A stretch of DNA of 64,000 nt from contig NC_045696.1 in the NCBI RefSeq assembly GCF_009834535.1, forward strand, positions 50,594,001-50,658,000, in the 5' to 3' direction. The translations under genes were made by a program, and so were the position numbers. A model generated the notes under the pieces. It was not told the DNA's origin, did not search any database, and saw nothing but the letters and a program-made list of their open reading frames with translations. This stretch comes from Camelus ferus. Its lineage: Eukaryota. Below, piece by piece: positions 48,521 through 61,474 of the stretch (position 1 is the stretch's first letter; each line of letters begins with the position of its first letter).

Positions 48521-50059
48521 CCTTACAGATGTATCACATCTTTCTTGACAGACTTTAGCCATGGCTACTCACCTTTATGACTATTATCCTATCACTTTAC
48601 TATAAGGTAATTCTACTCCTTTTTATTCCATCCTTAGTGTAGTCAGAAAGACAGCTGGTCACCATCATTCCTATATATAACTACCTTCCAGAGATCTGAG
48701 AACAGTTAATACAGCATTCTTCAGCCTCTGAACTTCAGGCTAAACAATGCCAGTTTCTTTCATCTTCCTCCCAAGGTCCTATCTGAAAATCTTGATGTAA
48801 TTTCATTTTTGCCTTATGGTGTATCTCTAAATTATGAACAGCTCAGGTTATTAGTGCTCAAAGATGAATGCATAATTTTAATAAAAGTCTGACCAAAATG
48901 CTGACCCTAGTGAACATAAATTTTAATTCACCTAAATCATGCTTAGCTTGGGTGCCCACTAGTACCATATATATATATATATAATTTTTTGCATATAAAT
49001 GTTAAACAATTCAAATTTGAAATAGAGAAGAAAGGCCAGTGTTTCTTCCTTTAAGAAGGTGATCCCACAGCTTATTTGTTAAACTTTTTTGTCCCATTCG
49101 CTGAAGGAGGAAAACAAGGAAAGAACTACCAAAAGGGACTCCAAAGGAAATCATTAAAGTGAGGGAAAAAGCTCTTAAGAAAAGAGACGTTTTCTGCCTC
49201 CTGAACCTTCCTTGCTCCATCCCGTCCTCCCATGGTGACCATGCAGCTAATGGAAGTCTGTGCTCCACTGGGCCCCTGCCGAGCAGGGCTAGGGCAGGAC
49301 AGGAAATCGCCACTCAGAAAATAAATGACCTGTCCCAGAGTCTTTTGTTAATGAGTCCAGGGCATAATAAATCAAGGTGACCCAGTCTCAAGAAACACAA
49401 GCCTGTTTAAAAAAAAAAAAAAAAAAAAAACCTGAAACCCCCAAGCCCCAGAGGTGAAGGGGAGGTGAAGGGAGAGAGGGGACCGCAGGGAGTCCTTATA
49501 AATCACACCCAGACGAAACTAGTGCAGATGTTTTCCAGTTTCAGACCCACTCAAGAGGCAGAGAATAGACGCATGTGGACGTGAATGGAAGGGGCTATCT
49601 GTTTGGGAGAGGAGACAGGAGACGGCAGGCCTGGTGGACACGGCCCCTCCTCTTGCTCAGCATCCCCTGGGATTTTATCAGCACAGGTCTGCAAGCTCCT
49701 TTTTAGTGTCTCCTCATTGTCACCATCCACTTGGCTTTCTCATCTCGTCCCAGGTCTCCCTCTAATCAGCATGGCTGGGGTGTCGGGAGTAAGTGGACTG
49801 CCTAAGGCCCCTTGGAGAAGGGAACTAAGAGCTTCTTGTGTCCAGTGTGGGTCCCAGCCTCCTGGAGTGGCAGGTTCCCATATGAGAGGGGTGGTTAGCT
49901 AAACCATGGAACGGTCTTCACTTACTAAGTAAACTGCAAGTTCTCGGAGAGTAAAATTTAACAACGATGTAGAAAGGATGTCACATTGGAAATAACTGTT
50001 CCGGCATGTAGTCGAGAACTAGGAGCAGACAGATCTCAGGCGAGCTGTAATGTGAGACT

Positions 50060-50410
50060 CAGTTCTATGCAGAGGGCTTTCACATAGAGCTGTTAATAGC
50101 CTGGTAAGATAGATGTCATTGTCCCCATTTGACAGATGCAGAAACTGAGGCCAAAAGAAACTAAGGAATAACAACAAAAGGCATCTGTAATGCATGTTGC
50201 AGTTTGTAACAGGTGTTCACGTTCATTACTTCATTGGGGTACACCCTATATGGGAGGTTAGACAGGTTGTTCTTCCCTTGGCTACAGATGAGGAAACCTG
50301 GGATGAAAATGAAAAAAACCTTTCCAGGTCACGCAGCTTACGTGTGGAGGAACCCGGATCCACACCCAAGCTCTCAAATCTGTCTGTTGTCCTTTCTATT
50401 TAACCACAGC
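50060..50410 (-). mobile_element. Two MIR fragments
   Basis: ccccatttgacagatgcagaaactgaggcc; acagatgaggaaacc...ccaggtcacgcagct. Confidence 0.7.
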
Positions 50411-51929
50411 TATTTGCCGGGGTCGCATGATGAGCCCCCTGCTGTTAGGGAAAGGACAGTGAAAAGGGGAGGCTAAACTTTGGCCATGGTTCACTGACTG
50501 CTTAGTGTTTAGCGGCAGCTGGAAGGGAGATGGACAAGAGGAAAGTAACCAAAGACTTTTTCCCCTTCTCCTTGTTGTCTAAAACCTGCCATTCAGTCAT
50601 TTCCCTCCCTGTTTATGAGCCTGGCCTCCTCTAATCACTCTCTCCTACCCACTGTCCTGTCAAAAGAAATGACATCACACCAACTGCTTTTTTTTTAAAT
50701 TATTGTCCCTGCTGAATTCAGTTTCAGCCACCGCCATCACCACTACTAGTTTGTAGAGCACTTTATATTTTCCGAATTTTTTTCCTATCCGTTACTTCCT
50801 CTGGGCTTCTTAATCAGGATTGTCATTTACCCATGGAGAAACAGACCAGAGTGGCTTCCCCAGGATGGCTCCACACATTAGAATGGAGATCTTCCCCTCT
50901 AGCCTGGACTGCTTCCCAAACAAACACAAGTAGCCAGACGCCTTTTTTCAACTCAGTTTTTTTTACATTGCCCCAGTTCTGCAGTGAGAGATGTCACCGT
51001 CTCCCTCCAGGGTTCTCCCTAGACCTCCTATACCAGCCCTGCTTCCTTTCAAAATAAGAGAATGAGCATTCTGCTCTAATCCAAATAAGAGTCCAAGTGT
51101 TGGCCCCACCAGGCACCGTTGTCAACTTAAAACAGGAAGATGCCACAGCAGGCCGCCTAAAATAAACCAAAATAAACTCATAGCTTTTAATTGGTCCAGG
51201 ACCTAGATCTGCCAGGACAGCAGGCACACCCATGAAAATTAGGACTGTTCCAAGTATTTTAGGTAGAATAGCAGCCTTCGACGAAGGCAGAGTACTGCTT
51301 TAGGTTTTCTTTTCTTGTTTTTTGTTTGGTTTTTGGTTTTTGGTTTTGTTGTTTTGTTGTTTTGTTCTGTTTTTTTGGTTCTGCTCTACGAGTTCTCAAA
51401 TCTTTCACACTCAGATGTTGACTCAGCTGGCTACCCAGAGCCAAGAACCCCAGGATGTGGGCACTTTGGTCAATTCTGGCATATCAATTTTCTGTTATAA
51501 AAGCCAGTCAGTCATTCAACAGATTATGTTAGATTCTTAATCTGTACCGGGGACTGTCTTCAGTGGTGAAGAAGATTGAGACTTATGTTGTATACTATCC
51601 TGGCCACTAACTAGCTGAGAGAGCTTGGGCAAGACTCTTCCCTTTATGGATGGCAAATCCTGCCACTATGAACTGTAAGCGTGGACTGGTCAGCCTCTAG
51701 GTCGTTTCTAACCTTGCAGCACTACAGTTCCTGAGAATCTGTGCTGGCGAAGTTGGCCTGGGAGCAGCACCTGAGAATAATAGTGTCCTTTTAATTTACT
51801 TACATGAGAAACTGGAAGAGGAGGTAGAAGTAGAGATTATATTTTGCAAAGAAATCAGACTTTGCTGTGTAAGAGGGGGTGGGGGGTGGGGCAGGAGGAG
51901 CAGGGAAGAATGGCTACTGAGTTTTAAAA

Positions 51930-52620
51930 ATCCATTATACATGTCACAAAAAAACTTCTCAAATACAAATACGTGTATCACTTTATGCTGTTTTCTGACA
52001 CGTATTTTATATAGCTATAATCAGTTCTCATAATATTTTTCATTCTTTGTTTTATCTGTTACTTTGTATATACATTCTGTGTATCACAAAGTGTATGGTT
52101 TTCTCATTGTTTTTGGACAGTAGATAAGGGCATTCCATCCAATCATACCTTAGGTTTCTTATTTACTCATCAATGGTGGGATATTTGGAATATTTTTTTT
52201 TCCTTTTAATAATAGCACTGGTATAACTTTTCCCCTCAATTATTTCCTTAGGACATTCATGAAAAAAATTAAATTTCTAAATCAGTGATGTGATTCACTT
52301 CCAAAGACCCATTCAGTTTGTAATGGCATCAGCAGTTTATGAGCATTTTTTATTTTCTATAACACCATCTACATTGTATAAATAATTTTAATTTAATTTA
52401 ATTTAATTAATAGATTTAATTTTGATTAATTAAAATTATATAATGTTTCCACTAACTTCTATGAAGTTGTTTATATTTTAATTTCTTTCATTATTACTGA
52501 GGCTGATCTGTTTTCTATGTGTTGAATAATATTCCATATTTCCTCCTATGTAAGTAATTTGTTCATCTCTTTTGACCTCGTGTCTAGTGAGTTTTGAAAA
52601 ACTCATTTAGGCTTATATGG
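51930..52620 (-). mobile_element. Old L1 (L1ME-like) fragment
   Basis: AT-rich antisense L1 3' motifs (tggtgggatatttgga; ttatttccttaggacattc; catcagcagtttatgagc; ttgttcatctcttttgacc). Confidence 0.55.
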
Positions 52621-52674
52621 GCCAAATTCTTAAGCACTTCTGATATTGTGGATACCCAAATTTGGACACATTCA

Positions 52675-52790
52675 TCATTAGGAAAGTAGAGACTTTTGTC
52701 TGTTTTGTTCACTGATGTATTCCAAGCACCTAAAATAACATACACAGCAGGTGCTCAATACATAAGTATTTGAATAAGTGATTAAATATT
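52675..52790 (+). mobile_element. L2 3' end
   Basis: gtagagacttttgtctgttttgttcactgatgtattccaagcacctaaa...aggtgctcaata...tttgaataagtga. Confidence 0.78.
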
Positions 52791-53114
52791 TATGAGGTTC
52801 CCACTATGTACTGGGACAAATATGAGCATTCAATTTGGCATGAAGAATGAGAAGAAAGTAAGGTCAAAACAGCTGGGAGTAGGAGAAGGGGTGTTTCTCA
52901 CTTCAGAATTTTAAAAATCCACACAAGGTAAAGTGGCCAGGTAAGAAGTGACCAAGGGGTCCCTCCAGTTAATGAGCTGTCATTGCCAAAACATGGCACA
53001 CGTATCACATTATCACAGCGTGAACTTCATTCCAGCAACAAACATTTTCTCAGCTGTTACTGTAATATGCAGGCACCAAACTAGCTGTGGGATACACACT
53101 AGTTCACAGAACAG

Positions 53115-53513
53115 TCTGTGTATGCATGCAGCGGAATGCTATACTTCAAGAGAAAGGAACAAGCTACTGATACAGACTACAATGCGTATAAAACTCAAAA
53201 ACTTCATGCTAACTGAAATTGAGATGCCAAAAAAAAAAAAACCATAATGGTATATAATTCCACTTGTATAAAATGTCCAGAAAAGATAAGTCTATCAAGA
53301 TAGAAAGTAGATTAGTGATTGCCTGGGGCTGGGGGACAGGGTGACCGTGGATGAGCACAAGGGATCTCTTTGGGGTGGTAGAGCTGTTCTAATACGAAAT
53401 TGTGCTGATGATTGCACAACTCTGTCAAATGAAAAACCATTGAATTGTACATGGAAAATGAGTGGATTTTATGGTATTTAAATTATACCTCAATAAAGCT
53501 GTTTAAAAAAAAA
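53115..53513 (+). mobile_element. L1MB/ME-like 3' end
   Basis: ataattccacttgtataaaatgtccagaa...gaaagtagattagtgattgcctggggct...aattatacctcaataaagctgttt plus A9. Confidence 0.85.
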
Positions 53514-55413
53514 GAGTGGCTACTATGACCTATACCCTGTCAAAACAAAGCAAAACAGTGCCCGGTGCAGGCAGGCGATGAGAACACTGTCGGTTAAGGG
53601 CTGCTGCAGAGGTGAGCCCGGGGGCTCTGGGGGCATTCGGACGCCTAACCCAATCCTGGTGCTCCAGAGAAGTTTCCCAGAGGAGATGATGTCTGGCCGG
53701 GAGAAACTGTTCCATGCAGAGTCAACAGAGGTGGGAGAGCAGGAGAGGCTCCACACCAAGTCAGTGACAACAGTCTTCATGTCTTGGAAGGTAGTGCTAG
53801 GGCCAGTGCCCACCCTGTTTTCAGTTTAGCAGGTTTCAGAGAAAGTTAAACCCTGGGAAAAGCTTTGTATATGAATTATAATTATCATCTACCGAGTACC
53901 TTGCCACGAGTCAAGAACTTTACATTCAGTAACAACATTCCTGCAAGGCAGGATTACAGATGAAGAAACAGGCAAACAGAAGCTACTCGCCAGGGGTAAC
54001 TTCCCTAATGGAAGCAGCAGAGCTGGAATCCAAACATATACTTGGGTCTGAAACCATGCCTTTCCCATTCCACTCTCTCCTTTACCACTGCACAGACTCG
54101 TGACTACTACCAGTGTGGAATTAATGACCTTTGCTGAGAAGGATGTAAGTTTTGCTGATTTACTCTAAAGAATTCACGAAACTCATCTGCAAAGAGTTTT
54201 GCAAATGCAGTTTGACAGGGTCTCAGAGCCATGACCTTTGTAATTTATCGCTGTTGCTAGCACACTGCTCTGTATACAGCTAGCAGGCATTTGAAATGTG
54301 CTGTTCTCTAGCTTCAGATGTGTGAATAAAATCCAATAATTTTGGTTCAAGACAAGTTAAAGGATGTTGACTTCCTAAAGAGCTAGAAAATTCTGAAGTG
54401 CGGCAGAAATCTAATCTGTAACACAGCCCTAATCCAAAAATCCTCACTAAATGCCTTTCAGTAATTTTAGATGATCACACAAAGAGCTTAAGATGGTGAG
54501 ACCAAAACAGAAACATGATTTCTTTTAAAAATGTGTTTAATTTCTCTTTTAGATTACTTGAGAATTAATCCTTCCTCTCACCTTTTGCCCAAGTGTATCT
54601 ACCCCTTTTGGGAAATTGTGAGTTGACTTGGGTGAGGCAGACATGCATTCTTCTCTTGAAAGAGCAGACTTGCATTCCTATGAGTAAAATAAATTAGGCT
54701 CAGCTTCTCTATCCATTAATTATGTGGGATAAACAACCTTCCCCTGCTCAGATAGAAGCACAGGAGACCAGCACAAATTTCCTCTTCAGACTCAGGGGAA
54801 AGATCGCTTGACCATCCAGGAGAACGCCTGTGGTCTGAAGGGACTCAGAGCTTTGGAACAGGCAAGGCTTTGCCACCAGATGTTTGTAAGAAATCCACTA
54901 ATGGAGGCAATCCCATGGTACAATCCACAGAGGACTGCTGAATTGAGGGGAGGGGCTGGAATTGCAGAAGAGCAACAGAGTGAGAAGGAATTTGCATCCA
55001 AATCTGCCCCTCAGGAATGAATATCCCACCCTCAACCCTGAAAACAGCCCAAGGAGTCTAGGGAATGTACGGCCCCCTGGTACATATGTTACTTTATTAG
55101 AGTCTTAGAAGATACCAGGAACATCACTCCTGGGAAAGGGGGGCGTTGGGAGGAAGGTAATGTAGGGCCTCGGATTTTCCATAGTCAAATTGAACCGGCT
55201 GGGATTAGCATGAGCGTGGAACGTCACCACCCCCCACCACCACCGCCACCCGCCCCCTCCTACCAGTCAGGAGAAATGCAGCGAAGGAGACAAGTTTCAG
55301 GCCTGGAGATGTGTTTGTATTTTTGGCCTTTACCACTTGTGACCGACACTCCTCTTTATTCCGTCCCCCCCCCCCCGCCCTGCGCCCCCGTACTAAAAGC
55401 ACCTTGATTGTAT

Positions 55414-55900
55414 TGAGGCGGGAAGCCCCATAAAAAGACCGGCAGGACCCCCAGGCAGGGCCACTATTCTCCTGCCAGCACCCTCGGGTTCCCTGGCCCA
55501 GAGGCTCTATCTCACTTTTTGCCTCTAAAAGCCGCTAACTTACACCTAAAATTCTATTAGTTCCCTGAGTTCATTTCTGATTGGTTATTTCCGTCACTCT
55601 TGATTGGTTATTTCTCTCACTCCTGATTGGTCTATTTCTACAGAGCTTGTTCCTGGTTGGTCAACTTCTGTTATACTTTATTTGCATATGATGTTGCAAA
55701 GTGTAAAACTGGCAGCCTATAAAAGGCCTGTGTAAACCTACAGACGGGGTTGGGAGCTTGGAGTGTTAACTCCTCTGGGTCTAGTGGCGTAATAAACCTG
55801 AGTTCTCCAACTCTCCGAGTGCTGCTTGGTCTCTCCCCTGGATCCAGGTTGCTGTCACACTGAACTGTAACACGGAGCTGTAACACATTTTTCCGCAACA
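55414..55900 (+). mobile_element. Solo LTR, ERV1 class, relatively young
   Basis: TG...CA termini (TGAGGCGGGAA...TTCCGCAACA) with a perfect 4-bp TSD GTAT (55410-55413, 55901-55904). TATAAAA at 55718, AATAAA at 55791, repeated CCAAT boxes, and a duplicated ctgtaacac in U5. Confidence 0.92.
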
Positions 55901-55924
55901 GTATTACGAGCTGCAGCAGTGCTC

Positions 55925-56315
55925 TGGGTGAAAGCACTCAGCCTCCCAGAGGCCACTGCAGCCCAGGCGAGGCCACGTGATCCAGTTCTGGCCAATGAGA
56001 CGTAAGCGGAGCTCCCCGGGTGGGACACTGAGCAGTTGCAGTACTTTGACCTCCAAACTTAGTCGCACTTGGGAGGAGAGTGAGGACACCAGGGAATGCC
56101 AGGGCCAGCACATTTCACTGTGAAAAGGACCGCTGAATGCCAGGCTGGAGCAGTAATACCAAAGCAGCCTAGATGCTTGATGATTCCCAGCGGAAACGGC
56201 ACTAAGAGGGGCCTGCCACCTGTGTACTTTTTTATTATGTGAGTCATACCTTGTTTAACCCACTGTTTGTTGGGTCTCCGTTGCATGCAGCGAAACACAT
56301 CCCCTAATTGCCAGC
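55925..56315 (+). mobile_element. MLT1 (old J/K-like) LTR remnant abutting the solo LTR
   Basis: ggccacgtgatccagttctggccaatgagacgtaagcgga...ccttgtttaacccactgtttgttgggtctccgttgcatgcagcgaaacacatcccctaat. Confidence 0.72.
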
Positions 56316-57234
56316 AATCTGAATTCAGTTCAGCTCAGCAGTACTCACCTGTGACGTGCTGGGTTTGGGAATACGAAGATGGTAACAGTAAAAACCCACT
56401 ACCCTCAGAAAGTTCACAGACTAGTGCATGAGGGAAGATACGTAAGCAAACCATTCTAGTGTAGTCGAAACTTTCTAAAGTGGAGGTTTGTTTAAAGTGT
56501 CACGGGAGCAAAGTCATCATTATTAATAAGGAAGCAAAATATACTGGGGTAAATTATGTGGAATTATAAGTTGTTCTCACACCTTAACCATACATGTGCA
56601 TATGTAGGTAAATCCCATAAACCCACTGAATACCCACAATTCATATTATTGATATAATCTGCTAAATCATGAAGTCACAGTTATTTTATCCTCCCATAAG
56701 TACCATGTTACACTTGTTTATTTTCTCTGGTGGGGTCAGAGGACCTCCATGTTTCCTGAGTAAATTTCTCAAACCTTTGTCAATTCCTTATACACAAGAG
56801 AAACCCCAAGAAGTCCATGGAAAAATAAACTCAGCCTCAAAGAGCGGTAGTAACAAAGGACAGTTTGGTCTGAAGCACACCCGGACGTGGATGTCAAAGA
56901 GCAGTAGCAGCATTTTCACCCAGGGCAGCACCTACTGCAGCAACTGCTATCTCTGCCTATCTGTCTAATTTGTGATTCTCTCTCTGTGCATTCATCTTTC
57001 CTTGTCCATCTCCTGCCTCATTCCCCATCACCCCTCTCTGGTCTCCTGGATGGCACCTATGCCTCCAACTTTCTCACACTCTCCATCTCTCTCTTCCTTA
57101 CCCAACCGTGAATTAAGAATAATGAATTTTTAAAAGGCTATTTGCTGCATTCATTGAAGAGATTTTTATCTGAGATTTTAATTTTTGAAGCTGATGGTTA
57201 AATGAATTGATATTTCGCAAAAGCAGAAGTAAAT

Positions 57235-58250
57235 TGCTTTAAACATTTTGAAGAGGTAATACATTCACCTGGTTTAAAATTTAGGAATTTTGAAAGGATA
57301 TATTTAAAATATCTCCTACACATCTGCCACCTACTCCGCTTGCTCAGGACAACCATTATTACCAGTTTGGGGTGTATCTTTGCATAGCTATTTTATATAC
57401 AGGAACGTATGTACACCCATTTCCCCACTTTGTTCAACAGAAAGATGGCATATACTACATACTGCTTTGTACCTCTTTTTTTCACTTAATACATCTTAAA
57501 AATCTTTCATATTGGCGCATAAAAACCCATACTCATTCTTTTTTAAGCTGAAAATGTTTCTTCTGTTATAATTTAGCCCCTGTTAATGGATGTTTGTTGT
57601 TTCCAAGCTTTTATTATTTAAAATAATGATGCAATAGATAGTATTATATATGCATCATTTCACAGGTGAGAGGATATTTTATGATAAATTCCAAGAAGGG
57701 AGTAAAATGGTATGAGCACTTGTGATTATGATAAATATTGCCAAATTTCTCTTTATAAAGCATATTATTTGACACTTCTGTTTATAGTGTATGGGGATAC
57801 CTATTTCCCTAAACCGTCACCAACTCAGTTTATCAAACTTTTTGGACTTTGTCAATTTGATAGGTGAATAGTGATTTGTCAGTGTATTTTTAAGTGGTTT
57901 CTCTTATTATGAATGAGATTATTCATCTTTTGCACATTTCAGAGCTATTTGTATATTCTTTTCTGTTAAATATCTATTAATATCCTTTTACCTTTTCTTC
58001 TACTGGATTGGGAGTATTTATTTATTGATATTTTCCAAGTTGTTTATTTATGAGGAAAATTAACCATTTGTCTGAGATGTCAGATGCATGTTTTCCCCCA
58101 GTGTCATGTGGCTTTTGATTCTGCTTATCAAGGATTTTTTCCTTGCAGAGACATTTAGTTTATATGTAGTCAAATTTATTAATCCTTTAATTTCTTCTAA
58201 TTTTTAGGTTTTGTTTCATACTTAGAAAAGCCTTCTGATAAAAGAGTTTT
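57235..58250 (-). mobile_element. Old L1 (L1ME-like) 3' fragment
   Basis: gaggtaatacattcac...acaaccattattaccagtttggggtgtatc...gataaattccaagaag...ttatatgtagtcaaatttattaatcttt...cttagaaaagccttc. Confidence 0.8.
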
Positions 58251-58572
58251 TTATTACCTTCTTGATCATACACTATATTGAATGTCAATCAGTTGTTTCT
58301 TATGTGACTGGTGCAAGTTGGAGAATGATCAGGAATCAAAGCAGATGGCGGAGGGGTCAGGTGAGAATCTGTGTTCAGATCCTCTCCACTTGCTGCTCCT
58401 GGTTGTTTTGCTAGGTAAGAGGGCTTGGACTTATTCTGACAGCCATTCCATCCGTTTGTCTGCTGTAGGTGAACACACAGGCCCAAAGCTCCACAGGCTA
58501 GGTGTGTGTGAAAGTGAAAGGACGATTCTAAAATGCTTTGATGACATGTGTGCATAATTGTTTGACTTTGTT

Positions 58573-58746
58573 GGTGGGCAGGGTATAGCTCAGTGGTAGA
58601 GTGCGTGCTTAGCATGCACGAGGTCCTGAGTTCAATCCCCAGTACCTCCGTTAATAAACAAACAAATATACAAACAAACAAATCTTATTACCCCCCTCCC
58701 AAAAAAAAGAAAAAAAGAGGTAATATTTGAGAATTAAAAAAAAACA
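58573..58746 (+). mobile_element. tRNA-derived SINE (camelid Vic-1 type)
   Basis: gggtatagctcagtggtagagtgcgtgcttagcatgcacgaggtcctgagttcaatccccagtacctcc plus an A-rich tail. Probable TSD tgactttgtt (58563-58572) / tgactttctt (58747-58756). Confidence 0.9.
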
Positions 58747-60114
58747 TGACTTTCTTCACCTCTGCATATCATAGTGGCATGTCTTCTGCTGGACATCCAC
58801 ATGCTTCCTGTTTACATCATGTTGTTGCTACTGTTTTTCCTCAAAGATAAAGATTCTGGCATTCTGGAGTTACAGCAAAACTCATTGCAGCTAAAAAAAG
58901 ATCCCCCAATACACTGCATTTCTGGAAGCAGGGGTAGGGGGAGTGATTCAGTCACCATTCCTAGGTGAGCAGGGCTGGAGAGGGAGCCAAGCTTAGACAT
59001 GTACAATCAGGCACCTATAATAAGCTAGAGCCATTCTGCCCCTTCTGTTTTCCCCAGTCACATCCTCCCAGCCTTATGGGTCACAGCTCCCTCCTTCAGA
59101 TGGGGCCAAAATCCCAGAAAGGCACCTGAATAGGTAAAGCTGCCCTCCTGCAGGATTAGAAAGCCCTCCACCAGTTGCCAAGAGGGCAGCATCTGAGTTT
59201 CCAGAAGCAACAGCCCCCTTCCCAGTGTCCTTACAACCTTGGAAGAGCAGAGAAGCTGGCCACTTATGAACCCAAACTTGGCTACAGAGTGCCTTGACTT
59301 ACTTCCAAGGAGCACCACTCAGGCTTTAAGGATTTCTCATTTTTTAGGGCATTTTGAGCTAATGTCCTGCCTACACAAGTTTCTAAACTGAGAGGAGTGG
59401 TCAGAGCTCTGCTGACGTTGGGTCCTACATCAGTCACTCTGAGGACACTAGCCTCAGTCATCAAGAGCTCGCAGGGCTTGGGCTATAGGGAGGTCAATGG
59501 TGGGGCTGCTTGGTGTCCAGCAGAACAGAGTGATGGGTGGGCAGCCACAGAAATCAGAATTAGGAGATCTGAGTGCCAGGAGGCCAGGTCATCTCGAGTC
59601 TGTCTCATGGACTACATCATGGACATAGAGTCTTGGGGTAGAGTTAGAAGTGGGGGCTGAAGGATAGAGAGGGTTCATTATAGTCATAGAAACAGCTCTG
59701 TGTGAGAGCCAGGATGGTCGGGCCTGGAGATACTCTTCTCCCTCTGCCCTGCACAGTCAGCAGCCGGACGTATCTGATAAGGTCATGTAACATTTGGGGC
59801 ATTAGTTACCATGCATGTGAGACATGGCTAGCCTCACTGGTTGTAAGAGAGCCCCACCTATTTCTGATGGAGTAGAAAGAAAAGGGGATTCATTTTAGTT
59901 AGGGGACTCACGATCTATGAGGAAGAGGTGGTAGGGAATTCTACAGGCAGGTCCGTCTGTTGTCTCTTGAGTTGAAATTCAGGTGGTTTGAAGACATTTT
60001 CTATCTGAAACTATGGCAGTGACCATAGAAGTAGAGATCAAGAGACCTGAGAGAGATGGCTCTAAGTTGTGGACTGAAAGGTAAAGGTAATCAGCCGGCG
60101 GGAAAGGAAAGAGT

Positions 60115-60725
60115 GGCTGTTTATTCATTCCACCACTGTCCACTGAACCTTGTGTGCCGGATACTGTTTAAGGTGCCAGGGATACAGCAGGGAACAAAAC
60201 CAAGTCCCTGCTCTCATGGTACCTGTATTCTAGTGGGGGTGACAGATGATAACCAAGATATCTACGTGTTATATATTTCTATAATTATGTATGTATATAC
60301 ACCCTCTGTCCATGCCAAGTCTGTCTGTTCCCTCCCACGGCTCTGTGAGCACTTATCCCTGCTGTGAATAGATAGTTAAGTGATGGAGGGAGAATGCTCT
60401 TCCTGACAGGGTGGACAGTGAATGCTTCGATGGTAATGATGTGACATTTGGGCAGAACTAGAATGAAGTGAGAGAGGGAGTCAGGCAAACACAGAGGGAG
60501 GAGCATCCCAGGCAAAGGGCAGTAAGCCCAGAGGCAGGCGGGAGTGAGCTGATGCCACAAGAAAGCCCCGATGGCTGGAAACAAGTGAGCGAGGGTGACG
60601 TCATAGGGGATAAGATCACAGAGGTTGGAGGGGAGGTCTTGATTCAGGCCACAAAGGGCTTGGCAGATCATCACAAGGATTGAGGAATTCAGTCTGAGTG
60701 TAGTAAGAGACCACTGGAGGATCAC
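60115..60725 (-). mobile_element. L2a-like 3' region
   Basis: tttattcattc...gggatacagcagggaacaaaaccaagtccctgctctcatgg...gagcatcccaggcaaagggcag...gggcttggcagatcatcacaagga. Confidence 0.82.
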
Positions 60726-61437
60726 ATAGTCGCCAGGTTACTGGGAGGCCTGGAAGACTCTGTGCCGACGCGTCAATGTGATTCTCTGGTGCTGCGCTTA
60801 CCTCCTAGCCTGTGAAAGATTGTGCCCCTCGAGCCCCCAGTTACAGGAACAGCAGTTGTGTCCTTCAACTGCTGATTGTGTTGTCCTGGGCTGCAGAGGG
60901 GCCTGAAGTGGGGAGAAAGACATAAGGCTGCAAATCTCAGGCCAGTGATCAGTGTCTTCCTCATCTGGATGATGGCAGGTGCAGCCTTGCACGTGGGGGT
61001 TGCCTTGGCTTCCTGCTTGAGTTGCATCTTGTGCTAGTAAGTGGCTGTGGCTCCAGTATTCAGAAAACAGCGTTGGCTTCCTAGTCCCTGGATTCTTGCT
61101 GCCAGCCTCTTCATAGACCAGGCCTTTGCTTAACAGAGCCTAGGAGGACACCTGCTTCGTCCATCTTCCACCTGGGACAAGGGACCAGCAGGCCTTTGCA
61201 AGCTTTTTCCCTGCAGAGGAAGTGAGACATCTCTCCAAGTCCCCATCCAGCTAAAGAATGGGCTCTGTCTAGAGAGTTTATAGGCTCCATCTGGAAAACC
61301 CTACACTTCTCCTAAGATTCAAATGCATTAGCAGACATACACAAGGGAGGAACTCAGATTCCATAAGGTGATTTCTTCCACAGGTGCCCTTCCTTGAAGT
61401 CTTATAAAATGCAGTGGTCTTGTCACTTGTACATTTG

Positions 61438-61440
<3 letters not shown>

Positions 61441-61470
<30 letters not shown>
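61441..61470. repeat. (TG)15 microsatellite
   Basis: Read directly. Confidence 0.97.

Positions 61471-61474
<4 letters not shown>

Noticed and set aside
53605..53740. GTGAGC...CCTAAC...CAG mini-intron followed by an exon-like segment
   Set aside because: The intron would be only ~55 nt, below the usual mammalian minimum, and the peptides are unrecognised.
58578..58650. tRNA-like sequences here and at 24211 and 62655-62730
   Set aside because: They are SINE heads with A-rich tails and probable TSDs, not functional tRNA genes.
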